Program-made: the position numbers and the translations under genes | The notes under the pieces: model-generated | The model's input: only the letters and a program-made list of their open reading frames with translations | Told to the model about the DNA's origin: nothing | Databases searched by the model: none | Shown here: piece after piece, positions 12,291-25,041 of the stretch | Numbering within the stretch: the stretch's first letter is position 1 | Layout: the number at the start of each line of letters is the position of its first letter | Origin: Heterodontus francisci | Taxonomy: Eukaryota | Assembly: GCF_036365525.1 (NCBI RefSeq) | Contig: NC_090407.1 | Coordinates: 28,275,860-28,339,859 of the forward strand | Length of the DNA: 64,000 nucleotides | Direction of reading: 5' to 3'

Positions 12291-13099
12291 GAATTAAATG
12301 GGTGGGATAGAGTTCATGATGGTTTAGATTGAGCATGATCCTGTGGAAAGAACCTAATAGGGCAAATATTCATTCCAGACTTCCTGAAGTTTTTTGCTCC
12401 TGTGATAATCATGTCATTCTTCAGTTGTGTTGCATCCTCATAGGACTCTATAAACCAACTATTCTATATTGAAGGACACAAAGCTGAGGCTGGTGTTACA
12501 GATTGCTTGGGGTGACACTATATCTAATCCTCTCAAGTTATTGAAAACTCTTTACATGGTAGTTGTATATAGGATGAGAAATGGCCATTCAGCTTCTCCC
12601 TCTGGTATCCTTCTAGCACCTCAACTTTCCCATCGAAGCTCATCCCTTAGTATCCTAAGTCCAATTATGTTTTGTTTCCACAACTCTGTATTTCTAACAT
12701 TCATCGCCCTTTCAACAGAGATGCAATCATCCATTGAGTCTAAACTGCATGGACAACATTTTCACTTTTTTCCTGAGGGATCTGTCTCAACAGAAATTGG
12801 AAACATCTTCTAATCCCAGGATTACATTGAACAAAAACAGGCAACGTTGAGCTATTAATACCATCACTGGGATTCTGCCCTTTGTCCTTTGGTTTCCCCG
12901 GAAGGATTATTTCCCCAAAATATCCTGCCTACTTCAGTGATGCATGAAGATGAAAATGTTTTTTTCTCCAATTTTCTCCCACCTCTTCTGGATATTCTGA
13001 TATGCAAGGAGCTTACACCTCAAGGGCCAGTAACAGGTTTTACACTGATACAACTGGAAATTCGCTATTTGCATCTATTTCTGACAGTCAGGAAATTAT

Positions 13100-15420
13100 C
13101 ATAATAATGTATATTGCCAGGTGCAAATTTGGACTTTACTGCAGGCTGCACTCTGGTAGTGGTGTGCAAAATGACATGCAAATGAAATTTAAAGAGGGGA
13201 GGCCAATAAAAGTGACATGACTCCAGAGGGTCACAAAAGTTCTGAAAGCCTGTGGCCCAAAGTCACCGTAACTCATTAGCAGTGTTTGCCAAGGCCAAAG
13301 GGGAACTGGTCAAAGTGGTGATGAGAAGGAAGGAAACCAAAGGTGTAGGCATGAGCCTGTAGGCAAGTGACAGAGCAGACCAGGACCCAATGCCCTGTTT
13401 GCTGAAGTGGAGCTGGTGCTGCTTGAGTTGGTTATGAGGAAGCTCGTATACCACCCCAAAACATTCTTCCCTTAGTCAGCACTGCAGCACATCTGCAAGG
13501 AGTTAGAGCCAAGTCTCAGTCACACCTGACCATTGCTCGAACTGGATTTGCTGGCCTTATATCTTGGAGGTCTCTTTGCAGTTCCTCATGATCATTGCCA
13601 GGAGCTGCAGATCTTTTTTGGTGAGCTTTTCATGAGTATAGATAGTTATCTTGCCATGCTTTCCTTCTTGTGGTGCCACTGGAGGCATAACATATGGTGA
13701 TTGGGATGCTGCCAAGGAGACACCCAGCAGTAGGATTAGTCAAGCAATCAGATATATTATTGGTGCCAACTGATCTGCTATCCAGTTTCCTATGGGAATG
13801 GAAGCCTCCAAATGTACTAATCATCTGCCAGGGTGATATGCGTATGCTCACCTTTATCTACAGTTGCGTCTGTGGATACTGGCAGGTGGGTTTATAGCAG
13901 CTCTCATGTAGCCTGACCATGTGGCATTTCTCCATTGGTCTTTCCTTTTCCAAGCATGCCAGATAGGGGGATCCCCAATGGAAAACCCTTTAGTGCCAGC
14001 AATTGTGCTGGCGTCAAAAAGGAATTACAAGTGTCAGCAGAAAGAAAGCCAAAACATGAAGAAAAACAGTTCAGAAATGCTTGAAGTACACTTAACCTAA
14101 CAGTACAGTTAAAACCCTTTGTACACTTGGCAATACCAAGCAACCCTGAGTGTCCATGTCACACGAAGGAGCGGATGGCATGCAGGATATCCTGGCTCCC
14201 ATGTAAAAACCCATCTGTTTCACTAATTCCCTTTAGGGAAGGAAATCTGCTGTCCTTACCTGGTCTGGCCTACATATGACTCCAGACCCACAGCAATGTG
14301 GGTGACTCTTAAATGCTTTCAGTGGGCAATTAGGGATGGGTAATAAATGCTAGCCTAGCCAGTGATGCACATGTCCCATGAATAAATTTTTTAAAAATAG
14401 TCATTGATTGTAGATAGTACCTCAACAAGGTTCAGTGCAGACGTTCATGGAAACAATGGTTGTATTGAAGTGGTTGCTACTGACAGTCACAATTCCAACT
14501 GACATCCTGCTTGAAGACCACAAATCAGGAATGCTAGGGTATAGGTCTGTGCTTGTGATTCCCCCTACAATGAGTTCCGGGTTTTGCACCAGTTTTATAA
14601 TGCAGGTTCAGTGGCTAAACTGTAGCTGAGAGTCCAACAGATTCACCAGAGGTGCTTCTCTTCATGACAGCAGCATATGTACCATATAAAAGTGATTTGC
14701 GATCCCTGCATGTTCCCAAGCTGCAGCTGCAGGCACGGGACTGCCATGGATCATTGAATCAGGACTCCAATGTTATAGCCCCATCTCTGACCCAGACTCC
14801 CTGCTGGGAATCTGGGAGTGTGAGTCATGCCATACACAAACCAACAGAAATTCAAAAGCATTGAATCATGAACGCAAATGGCTGCTCAAAAAAGGCCATG
14901 ATGTGCCTTTATCATTCTGGCTGGAGGTATTCCTTAAAGTTAAGGGAAGGTATCCATACAGGCTGAGTCCCTATACTGGCCTGCACTGATGGCTAGGGTT
15001 CCTTAACAGGAGAAAAAATGTGGCTCAAGTCCTCCCAGCACAAACATACAAACTGCTAATGACTGCCGATGACTTTATTGGATGAACACAATCGGTCCAC
15101 CTACATTAACAAAGGTATCAACTGGTCTATTTTAAAATAGTGGACAGAGGAATCACATACAAACAACAGCGTTCACCTCCAAATAACACCAACAGTAATT
15201 TCTAGTGCATGCTGCCCTCACCACATTTCACTCTCATATTCCAATAACCCACATTGTCACTCGAATAAAATAAGATTTTTGGGGGAAGGACATAAAGCAG
15301 CTGTCTGAGTGCAGTGCAGAGAGGAAATCCCGTCACCTCCTTAACGCAGCTCATCCAAATCACCTCTCTGTGCTGGACCCAAGTAAGGAGTTCAGCTCTG
15401 GTCTGTAAAAAAAATTATCC
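13100..15420 (+). mobile_element. Possible heavily decayed PIF/Harbinger element
   Basis: Weak but ordered remnants: PLFAEVELVLLELV (Myb/SANT-like, ~13393), GFCTSFIMQVQ, RFTRGASLHDS (~14640) and MCLYHSG (~14900). Many frameshifts; boundaries are guesses. Confidence 0.3.
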
Positions 15421-15524
15421 AGGGTGCCCATGAAACAAACAAAATGTAACCCGAGGACATCGGCAAAAATGGACTGAAAGGACTTGAAAGAAATTCAAGT
15501 GGGCTTCCTCCCTCACTGTGAATG

Positions 15525-16370
15525 AGAGCCCAGCCCCCCCTCTCTCTCTCTCTTTCTGACTGGGAGCCCAGCTCCTGTCATGACTGGATGCATGGGCTTG
15601 GGTATTAGAGACTATGGTGCTTGGAAGGGAAACTGAAAGTAGCTTTGTGTTTCGGGAAAACACCTGACCAGGGGACTGTTGTAAGGTCAGATAGGCTTTG
15701 TAGCCACAGTGAACAGCGGTAAGCAAGAACTCTACAGAAGTCTTTGTTATTGAAGCTTGTTAAATATTTGTTAAAGTTAAATCTGTGACTTCAAGTGTGA
15801 TTCTTCAGCCTGCGCTGTGACAGCCCCTCTCTCTCTCTCCCTTTGACTAGGAGCACAGCCCCTCTCTCTCTCTTCCTCCCCACCCCACTTTGACTGGGAG
15901 CCCAGCTCGCTCTCTTTCTTTCTCTGTTCTCCCCAACCCACTCCTCCCCTCCCTTTGGGAGCCCAGCCCCCGCTCACATTCTCCCTCTCTCTTCACCCCA
16001 CCCCACCCCTTTGTGAGTTCAGCCATCTCTCTCCGTTTGACTGGAAACCAAGTTCTCTCTGTCCCCCTCTCTCCCTCTTTGACTGGGAGCCCAGCGTTCT
16101 CTCTCTCCTCTCCTCCCTTTGACTGGGAACCCAGCTCACTCGTGCTCTTTGTCTTTGACTGGGAGCCCATCTCTCTCTCTCTTTGACTGCCAGCCCAGCT
16201 CTCATGCCCTCTCTCTCTCTCTCTCTCACTTGAACAGTTCAGGTCTGGGTCCAGCCCAGCCCTCTCTCACCCCACCTGCCCCTTTGACTGGGAGCCCAGC
16301 GCTCTCTCTTTCCCCCTTTGACTGGGAGCCCAGCACACTCTCTCTCTGTTTGAACAGGAGCCCATTGCTA
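15525..16370. repeat. Minisatellite: core TTTGACTGGGAGCCCAGC separated by variable (CT)n/C-rich linkers, ~12 units
   Basis: Core or close variants at ~15555, 15842, 15889, 15954, 16036, 16078, 16118, 16154, 16182, 16283, 16317 and 16348. Confidence 0.85.
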
Positions 16371-18257
16371 ACTTTCATTAAAAAAAAACTTCAACCTTTA
16401 GTCAGCAAGCAGAGAGAGAGTTACTGGGTTACAGACTGACAGCCATGAATTGTTTAGGATCATTCAATATGACAAAGTGCTGAGTGGTTGAATCAGAGGT
16501 TTATTTAGTACGAAGCCGACCAAACTCAGTCAGGTGCATCAACTTGGAGATACCATCACCTGTTGAAAAATGGGAAATGGCTCTGAGTCAACATAATGGG
16601 CCTGTGTCGACAACAACCTCCTTACAACCAGCATTGCTAATCACCAACATTTAGCCTAATTGATTGCATCAGGACAAGTTGCTCCCTATCCCTTTAGTTT
16701 ATCAGTTTAAATTGCATTTGTTGGTCACAGAGGGTTTGCGACAGAAGAAACCTAGTCTACTTAGATATTGTTATCTTTGATTCCCTGTAACAAACTCAGC
16801 TGACATTAAATCTGATGACCTAATGATTGAGTCACTTATCTGTAGTTGGCACCAGCAGTGCTGTGTCCTTTAGAGTTCTAACATCAATCAAGTAATAGCT
16901 TTATGCAAACTAAGTGGAAAACTTGCTCTCTAACCATTTTCCAAAGGTCACATTCCCACATGCTTAAGGGCCACTTTCAGGAATACTTCTGGAAATAATG
17001 GGATGAGGGTCCTTGCCTGCAATTCCTGAAACAAATGAGTGCTTGATTTGAATGTCACTGACGGTCACTGTCAAGTGGAAGCCCAACACCTTCTCACAGA
17101 AAGAGAAAATAAATGGCAGTATCTGTAGTTGTGCTGTGATTTTATTTTAAAATGGGCTCACTATATGGAAGTTGAGATAACTCCATCTCCTAAAAACATT
17201 TCTTTGCATTTCAGCACTGGAGAGAATGAAAAAAGAGAAGGAACAGTTCTAAATTTCCATGTCAGTCATTGTCTCACACCCTGGCAAGCCGTGTACAGGG
17301 GACTGGAGGCATACAGAGCAATTTCCCCCCAAGGTAGAAGGTGGGTTACAGTTAGTCTCAGGCTGTATCAGGGATTAAGCAGTTCCCCACTGCATTTGTG
17401 AATAGTGGACGACAGGCTGGATGATCAGTTTAAGATGTTTTTGGCGGGCTGAGTGCCCGAGCGTTCACTCAGCGGGCAAGGCGCTGTGCCAATTTGGACA
17501 ATCGGCCCTCATGTTGGGTTTAGTGGGATGCGCAGAGTAAACATGCCAGAAGTGCTAAGACTAACCAGTAGGAAGAGTTATGTTTGGCCTACAATTGCTG
17601 CTGACTGTAGGGGATTTGTGTACCAGGAACCGAATCCATAAACATCTCACTAAATATAAAAGCAGATCTACTATTCTCTAACTTCCCGTTTGTTGCCATC
17701 ATAATCTCCCCTGGGATTTCCAGTTCTTTAATCAACAGCTGACTGACAATTTCTCCAACCACAATGCTCACTTTTGACTTTTTATTTCTCCTGAAGGGGT
17801 TGACTCTCGCTGGTTATATTTCTGTGGGCATCTGTAACCCTTCGATACCCCGAGAGACCATTTGCCATGTCTAATCCCAGTCAGTGAGTGTGGGCAGGGT
17901 ACTAGACAATTCTGCATCACTATCGAGCTCAATGCTACCTTCACTCTAGGCCTGTGCAGACACACAATTTCCAACGAGACATTACTGAATAGTGATCATG
18001 ACTGAATACCCTGGCTTTTTTTTCCTTTGGCCCAGTGACAATGAAGCTAACGTTTGTGTCCCTACCACCAAGTTGTGAACAGTAGGCGAGAGATCAAATG
18101 GGGGATCTTCCTGTCTACATGGTTCAATTCAGTTACTGAGCCATCCCTGGAGCTCCTTGCTCTTTTTATACTTGCTTTCTCTGGCTTTCTCTCTCATTCA
18201 TTGCTTTCCCTTTGTCATGTTTTTATGCCCTTTCTCTCCCAACTGTTTCATTTTGCT

Positions 18258-18665
18258 CTGTGTTCCTTAGAACAGAGGAGGCTGAGGGGTGACTTAATTG
18301 AGTTGTACAAAATTATGAGGGGCCTAGATAGAGTAGACAGGAAGGACCTGTTTCCCCTAGCGGAGAGGTCAATTACCGGGGGCATAAATTTAAGGTGATT
18401 GGTAGAAGGATTAGAGGGGACAGGAGGAAAAGCTTTTTCACCCAGAGGGTGGTGCATGTCTGGAATTTACTGCCAGGATCAGCAGTGGAGGCAGAAACCC
18501 TTAACTCATTTAAAAGGTACCTGGACGTGCACTTGAAGTGCTGTAACCTGCAAGGCTACGGACCAGGTGCTGGAAGGTGCGATTAGATTGGGTGGGTAGT
18601 TTTTTCAGCTGGCACTGACATGATGGGCTGAATGGCCTCTTTCTGTGCCGTAACTTTTCTATGGT
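18258..18665 (+). mobile_element. CR1 LINE 3' fragment
   Basis: SLEQRRLRGDLIELYKIMRGLDRV; FFTQRVVHVWNLLP. Confidence 0.85.
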
Positions 18666-19214
18666 TCTCTGTTGCTTTCACATTCTGTCATCCATTCCCA
18701 GTTTTAGCTGTTGAGCTTTCTTCGTTACACTGTATCTCTTCATTGCAGTCTGTTCCTCCCTATCCTAATCTCGTGTTTTCCTCTCTTTGTCGTGTTCTAA
18801 GTCTACCAGGCTTTAGTCTCTCTCTCTCTCTCTCTGGACTGAACTGAATTTCAAACACCTGGTGCTCATTTGCCTCTTCCTAGAAATCTTGATTAGAAGG
18901 CAACCTATTTAATTTCAGGAACCTGGACTGCAGCCAACCTCAGACAGAAAAGACGGAGCTGTCTTTTCTCTCTCTCTGATAACAGTTAAGTCTCACTGTC
19001 CGCATCCAGCAAAAGCCAATGGTCATTAAAAAGTGAAGACACTTGGAACTGAAGACATCAAAAATAAATAGGTGTATGGTTGGCTCCCTCTGATGGGCAC
19101 ATGTGTAACTGCATATCAATACAATTACATAATATCAGCCTTTATGATGTTACCATACAAATAAATGATTCATGCACTCTGTGCAAATTCTTCTCTCCAT
19201 TGTTTTAATGGGGG

Positions 19215-19986
19215 TGTCATGAAAACATGCTATGTCAAAAGTTGATTTTTTAATACACCAGCTGGAAACTTGAAAAGTAAACTGATGGAGATGAACCACT
19301 CAAACCTTGCAAGCTTCAAACTCTGCCTGCTGACCGTAACCACCGAGGCATATCTCCTGCTGCAGACTGGAGTGTTCAGTGGTTTAATTGATCTGTGTTT
19401 GATTGTGTTAGTCTGTTCACCGATCAATGTTCACTGTGCTTAATGACTTAAGCCTGAGGCTGGAGCTAGTGAGTTGAGAGAAGGTTCTGAAAAGAACAGA
19501 CCGAGACCACCTTGAAGGAAACCTGCCATATTGCTGCCTCCTGTAGTACCACCAAATCAGCCATCCACATCTTCAAACCGAAGCCTCAGGACCACCAAAG
19601 GAAAGTAGCACGACCACCGAATTCAGCCTGAAGTCAGCAAAGTCACCAACCTCCATAGACTATATACCCCTTTTATTTCTCTAGACTCTTAATTTGACCA
19701 ATCTATCCTTTCCCACTCTGTAACCTATTTGTGTGTGCGTGTGAAAGTTGGAGCATATTTTATTATTTTACTTAGATCGGTTTAAGTACAATAAAGCTAA
19801 CCTCTTTCTTTGTTAAACTCGAGAAACCCTGTCCGATTGGCTCTTTTTATGATCACGGCGTGTAAACAGATAAGCATTGACTGAATTGGCAAATATATCC
19901 ACTTCAAAAAAGAAATAAACCTGTTGTGTTCAAACAAGGAGGGAAAAGCAGAGAGCCCTTCGACCCCTCTTCACCTGATCATAACA
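19215..19986 (+). mobile_element. Solo-LTR-like element
   Basis: Termini TGTCATGA...TCATAACA; internal AATAAA (19790, 19914); 3' end resembles that of the 31838-32700 LTR. TSD not clean. Confidence 0.55.
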
Positions 19987-20234
19987 AGGATGCTAACCCA
20001 ATTATTTTAACATGGATTAACACCTCTGTTAAAATGGCAGATTAGGCATTTCATACACAGAGGAATATCACACTGTATAGCTTCCAAGTGATAATCTTAA
20101 ACACAACATCCCTCCTTTCCTTCAGAAGCTAGTGGTCTGATGGAAAAATACTTCACTGCTTGACAGATTACTTTGTCTAGTTCCTAATAGACTGAAAATG
20201 GTGGAGTTCATTGACAATATTAGCTTGTCTCTGT

Positions 20235-21155
20235 TGGTGTAGCAGTCTGAGTCAGAAGGTTATGGGTTCAAGCCCATGTCAGGATTTGAGCCTATAATGT
20301 AGTCTGATACTCCAGTGCAGTACTGGGGGAGTGTAGCACTCTTCTAAGTGATGGCTGTCAGATGAGGCATCCAGTTCTGGCTACCACACCTCAGGAAGGA
20401 TAAGAGGGTGCAGAGGAGATTTACCAGAATGGTTCCAGGGATGGAGGATTTTAGTTACAAGGTGAGGTTTGAAAAGCTGGGTTTGTTCTCCTTGGAACAA
20501 AGATTGAGGGGAGATTTAATAGAACTGCACAAGATTATGATAGGCTTAGATAGGTCAGATAAGGAAAATCTGCTCCCATTAACAAATAATACAAGGAGTA
20601 GGGGACACAGATTGCAAGTTTTGGGCAAAAGATGCAGAGGGAATATGAGGAAGCACTTTCTTACACAGTGGGAGGTGATGACCTGGAACTTGCTACCCAC
20701 AAGGGTGGGGGGAAGCGGAGATCATCAATGACTTCAAGAGGAAGTCGGATGGCCACTTGAGAGAAATAGACTTATGGGGATGGAGCTAAGGAATGGGACC
20801 AACAGCATAGCTCCTTGGAGAGCCAGCATGAACTCGATGGGCCGAATGGCCTACTTCTGTGCCTTATATGACTCTATGAGGTGTTAAACAGAGGCCCTGG
20901 TTACATATTCCTGTGGGCAAAAAGAATCCAGACGCTATTAGAAGACGAGCTCTCCTAACATCCTGGCCAGTATTTGTCTATTAACTGACATCAAACTACC
21001 AAAAAAACCAGATTACGTGGTTATTGATGTTTGTGGGACCACTTGCTGACTGACTGCTACATTTGCCTAGATAACAGTCAGTGCATTTCAGAGAAATGTA
21101 TACGACAAGTCTGAGAGACTTAATAAGTTACTGCATATAACCGTAAATCTTTCTT
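20235..21155 (+). mobile_element. Deu-type SINE split by a CR1 3' fragment (~20370-20877)
   Basis: SINE head CTGAGTCAGAAGGTTATGGGTTCAAG...CAGATGAG resumes as GAGGTGTTAAACAGAGGCCC after the CR1 piece (QRRFTRMVPGM...LRGDLIE). Confidence 0.75.
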
Positions 21156-22160
21156 TAACACATTAATAAGTTTACTGGTCATTTCATTATCCTTATTCCA
21201 GCATATGCCAACTCCTTCAGACGAGAAGTGGAGCAAATCAAAGGGGAACTTTAAACAGTCATTTTCCATGAGTTCACATTGTTCTCCATCTTCATTCTGA
21301 ATGAGATTGGGGATTTCTAATGTTGCTGCATTGACTGGTGTCTGTGCAGCATTTGAAGATTCTGAAAACCAACACCATGTTTCATCTGTTTTGTTGCTTT
21401 CCTTCTGTCATCCTGTCCTTGCCCAAGATCCATAGGTCGACATTTTCAGTGGGGTTCCAATATAGTGATCAGGTGCAGTAACCTAGATAAATTCCCTCTC
21501 CTGAAACATCGTGTCTAATTGTGATGTTCCTTTTGTCCAGTTGGATGTGATATCACAGAAGGAACACTTGTTGAATTTTTGGGATCCTTTTGTTCTCCTT
21601 TCCTTTGGCTAACATTTAATCCCTCTGTTATCCTTCCAGCTTTCGGCAAGATCAATTATCTGTTTGAGATGACCGTTCTTCACGAATGCCGTTTGCCATC
21701 TCCAACAGTTTATTGAAGTTGCAATAATGCCCCCAGTAACTCCAAGTCTATTGAGAGTACAATCCTTTCCCAAGGTCCATTCCCGTTCCCCTGTTTTTGT
21801 ACTCACCCATTGTGATGCTGCGATATACATTGTTCTCTTCCCCATTGTAAAGCAGGAGAAGAACCTTTTCCTCTCAGGCACAGTCACACCAAATCCAATC
21901 ATGTGACTTTGACCAGCAAACCATACCCGGGAGGTTTCAGAGCTGGTGTCAATTAGTGGTTGAATGGACAATGCTGAAGTAATGGTGAGCATGTGTTTTC
22001 AAACAGTTTTCATCTGATTTGCATGGAAATATTACATGTCTTTGGTGTTTATAACCACAGTGTTGTACAGAAACGGGATTCCAGGCAAATATTACTATTT
22101 ATAGGATGACTGTCTTTACTATTCTTGAACTTGTTTTACCCACATTGACCATCAATTATG

Positions 22161-23278
22161 TGTTACAACCAAGGCAGGAGTAATGCACTGTTAATTCAGT
22201 CCCACTACTCCACAGGTCACAGCATATTAGTAAAGTTTCCCACCTACCGCAAATTAGCCAAATTAAACATTTTATTTATCTCCCAGAATAAAGCACACCA
22301 AACCAGGTTTCTTTCAACAATAACAAAATTAACTATTTATTAATAAATCAAGTTTTAAATGATAATAAGATAAATCTCCATGTATGAACAGATTTTATAA
22401 CTCTTTATTCTTCCTTACCCTCATGCATACACACATACATTCAAAATCGGTTAACTGGGAAAAAAGAGTGTTTTGAGTTGTAACTATTTCTTAGGAACAA
22501 TAAAATAATTGTTTGTCAGAGTCTGGTAGGATATTTCCAGATTGGTGAGGTGTCCCAGAGTTGAATAGTCAGATGCCACTCGATGTCTCTCCAGATGAGT
22601 TTGATAAACAGTCTGTGATGGGTAGGTGTTCAGAGCAATTTGTCTGCAGCAGGCATCACACAGATTTTTCAGCTTAAGGTATAGCAACAGGTCCACTTGA
22701 TTTTTAAAGTAGCAGTCTAACAGTAGAGAATTTCTTGAGATTTCAGGAACGTCAAAAAAACACAAAAGGCAACAGGACTCGCTCTTGAAGGAGAGATTTG
22801 CCAGAGACTGGAGACACTAGGAATTTTGCTACCTTCAAAAATGCGGGATTCCTCTCAACAAAGGAGCCTTTCTCCACAGAGAGCAGCAACTCCTCTTTCT
22901 CTGGGTCTTCCCCTCTCCAGGGGTCTTTTTCTTTTCTCCAGGGGTCTTTTCTCTCTCCAGACAGAGCACACCCCCAAAAATGTAAAATTCCTTTTTTACA
23001 AGAGAGACAAGCATTCCTTCTAGGGAGAGTTCTTTTTCTGGTCTGCAAACCCAGGTCTCCAACAGCAACTGGCTTCTCAATCCAAAAGCAAAACTAAACT
23101 TTTAACAACCTAGTCACAAGACAGTCACAAAATCTTTTTGTTTGCTTTGATACAAGTTTTACAGCCTGTTGTTTCAAACACCAGGTCTCAGCAGTCACTG
23201 TTCACGGAAAGCCCTTTTTCTCAGTCTTAAAGGCACACAGACCTCTTAGTATTAAAATAAAATAAAACTCTTATGACA
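22161..23278. mobile_element. Solo LTR (1118 bp)
   Basis: Termini TGTTAC...ATGACA; exact 4-bp TSD TATG at 22157-22160 and 23279-23282. Confidence 0.8.
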
Positions 23279-23914
23279 TATGCCATTAACTAGGTCCCTC
23301 CAATGGCCAGATTGGTAATTACACATCAATATTAACCAGTGCTTAATAACAATGATGCAAAACAAAAATAGGAAACACGCAACACTGTATCTGAAGAGAG
23401 AAAATAGAGGTTAATATTTTGTATGCAGATCCTTTGTACCATCTTTCAGTGCACCATCCAAGCACATTGCCTTCATTTCGGAGTCTTGCATTTATAAAGC
23501 ACCTTTCATATCATCAGGCCATTTATATAGACTTGCACCACAGCAAAATATCCCAACATGCTTCATGAGAGGAGAAGCATTCAGGCTGTGTTTGGGAGAA
23601 GGGTTAGGGGAGGTGACTAATGATGAGCTTGAAGAGGCAGGTTTTAAAAATACTATTGAAGATGGGAAGAGATGTTTTGAGGTGAAGGTCTTGGCAGAGA
23701 ATTCCATAGAGCTGAGCATTGTTGACAAGGCCCTGCCACTGATAGTAGCAATGAGTGCTGGAATGGCTAGTATCACAGCTGAGCATGGTCCTATCCTGAG
23801 CCAATGCCTAAGCAGATGCACTTTGGAACGGGTGTCGCTGGACGGTGATCAGGAGTGGGAAGAGCAACTACAGAATTTCCCCCTATTGGCGCAGCCCTGT
23901 GATGTTCCCCCATT

Positions 23915-24410
23915 ATGAACATACGAACTAGGAGCAAAAGAAGGCCATTCAGCCCCTCAAGCCTGTTCCACCATTCTATAAGATCATGGCTGATCCGTTT
24001 GTGGACTCAACTCCATTTTCCTGCCTCCTCCTGATACCCTTTGACTCCCTTGTTTGTTAAGAATCTGTCTACTTCTGTCTTAAAAGCATTCAATGACACT
24101 GCCTCCAGCGCTCTCCAGGGAAGAGAGTTCCACAGACTCACGGCCCTCTGAGAGAAAAAAATTCTCCTCATCTCTATCCTGAATGGGAGACCCTTTATTT
24201 TTAAACTGTGCCCCCTAGTTTTAGTCTCTCCCACGAGGGGAAACATCCTTTCAACATCCACCCTGTCAAGTTCCCTCAGGATCTTATATTTCAATAAGAT
24301 CACTTCTCATCCTTCTAAACTCAAATGAATACCGACCCAACCTGTCCAACCTTTCCTCACAACATCACTCTCTCATCCCAGGAAACAGTCGAGTGAATCT
24401 TCTCAACCTT
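23915..24410 (-). mobile_element. CR1 LINE 3' fragment
   Basis: YKILRELDRVDVERMFPLVGETKTRGHSLKIKG...FFSQRAVSLWNSLP. Confidence 0.85.
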
Positions 24411-24632
24411 CATTGATTAACTAACACACAAATGCCAACTGGGTAGGTTTGCACATGAGGAATAGTGACCTGGACAAGATACCAAAGGGTTGCTATTCTA
24501 GTAGGTGTCAGCATATTTGCGGGAGGAAGGAGAAAACTGAGGGAAAAGATCAAGCTTACAATGTTCTCACATCGTCTCCCAGGTAGAGAGAGCAGTACAA
24601 AGACACACACCACTGGTTTCATAAGGCAAAGG

Positions 24633-24638
24633 TTTATT
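24633..24638 (-). terminator. Candidate polyadenylation signal of CFAP107
   Basis: Minus-strand AATAAA ~245 nt after the stop, followed by a GU-rich element (GTGTGTGTCTTT, 24599-24610). Confidence 0.6.
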
Positions 24639-24883
24639 ACTGAGAGATTCTTTGTTTAGATATATTCTGTTGATAGGTGTTCATGAACTTCCTCCACAAG
24701 GTCATTCTGTCATGATCAGCAATACCTGATAGGGTGTTCCCAGCATGCCCCATGCAGTGAAGGCACACTGCTGGACATATTGTGACACCCCAATTTCTGC
24801 CGTCATGTTAGGCCTGCTTAAGGAATACTGGAGTAAATTTTTTGTCATTTCTTGACAGGCAGTGTGAGATTATTGTTGGCTGA

Positions 24884-25041
24884 TTATTTTTGATTATTAT
24901 TGCCTCTGGGCTGTCGTGGAACAAGGGAATTGGGACCATAGGAGAGGGTGTAGATGCTGTTATACATTGTGGGGTGGTGCTGACTCCATCTCTTCAATTT
25001 GGCTAGCTTCTCCTCCAAGAGGCCAACATTTGTAGGAGGAG
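24884..25041 (-). CDS. CFAP107: CFAP107/C1orf158 coding exon 4 (last)
   Basis: Acceptor ttctttcAG, phase 1; (A)PPTNVGLLEEKLAKLKRWSQHHPTMYNSIYTLSYGPNSLVPRQPRGNNNQK, stop TAA at 24884-24886. Matches recalled human APPTNYGLYEQL...STYTSSY. Confidence 0.85.

Noticed and set aside
15525-16370. CRISPR-like repeat-spacer array
   Set aside because: Spacers are low-complexity, related to each other and variable in length; repeats are degenerate; no cas genes; vertebrate context.
17214-17335. Plus-strand exon after a strong acceptor (tttctttgcatttcAG)
   Set aside because: No partner exon or recognisable peptide; two of three frames stop early.
21609-21992. 127-aa single-exon ORF
   Set aside because: No recognisable family; it reads through the donor site of the alternative spliced model in a different frame.
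2661-24400. Further syntenic genes or a second AADACL paralog
   Set aside because: I found no LRR, GDSAG/HGGG or other recognisable coding motif; small exons could have been missed by eye.
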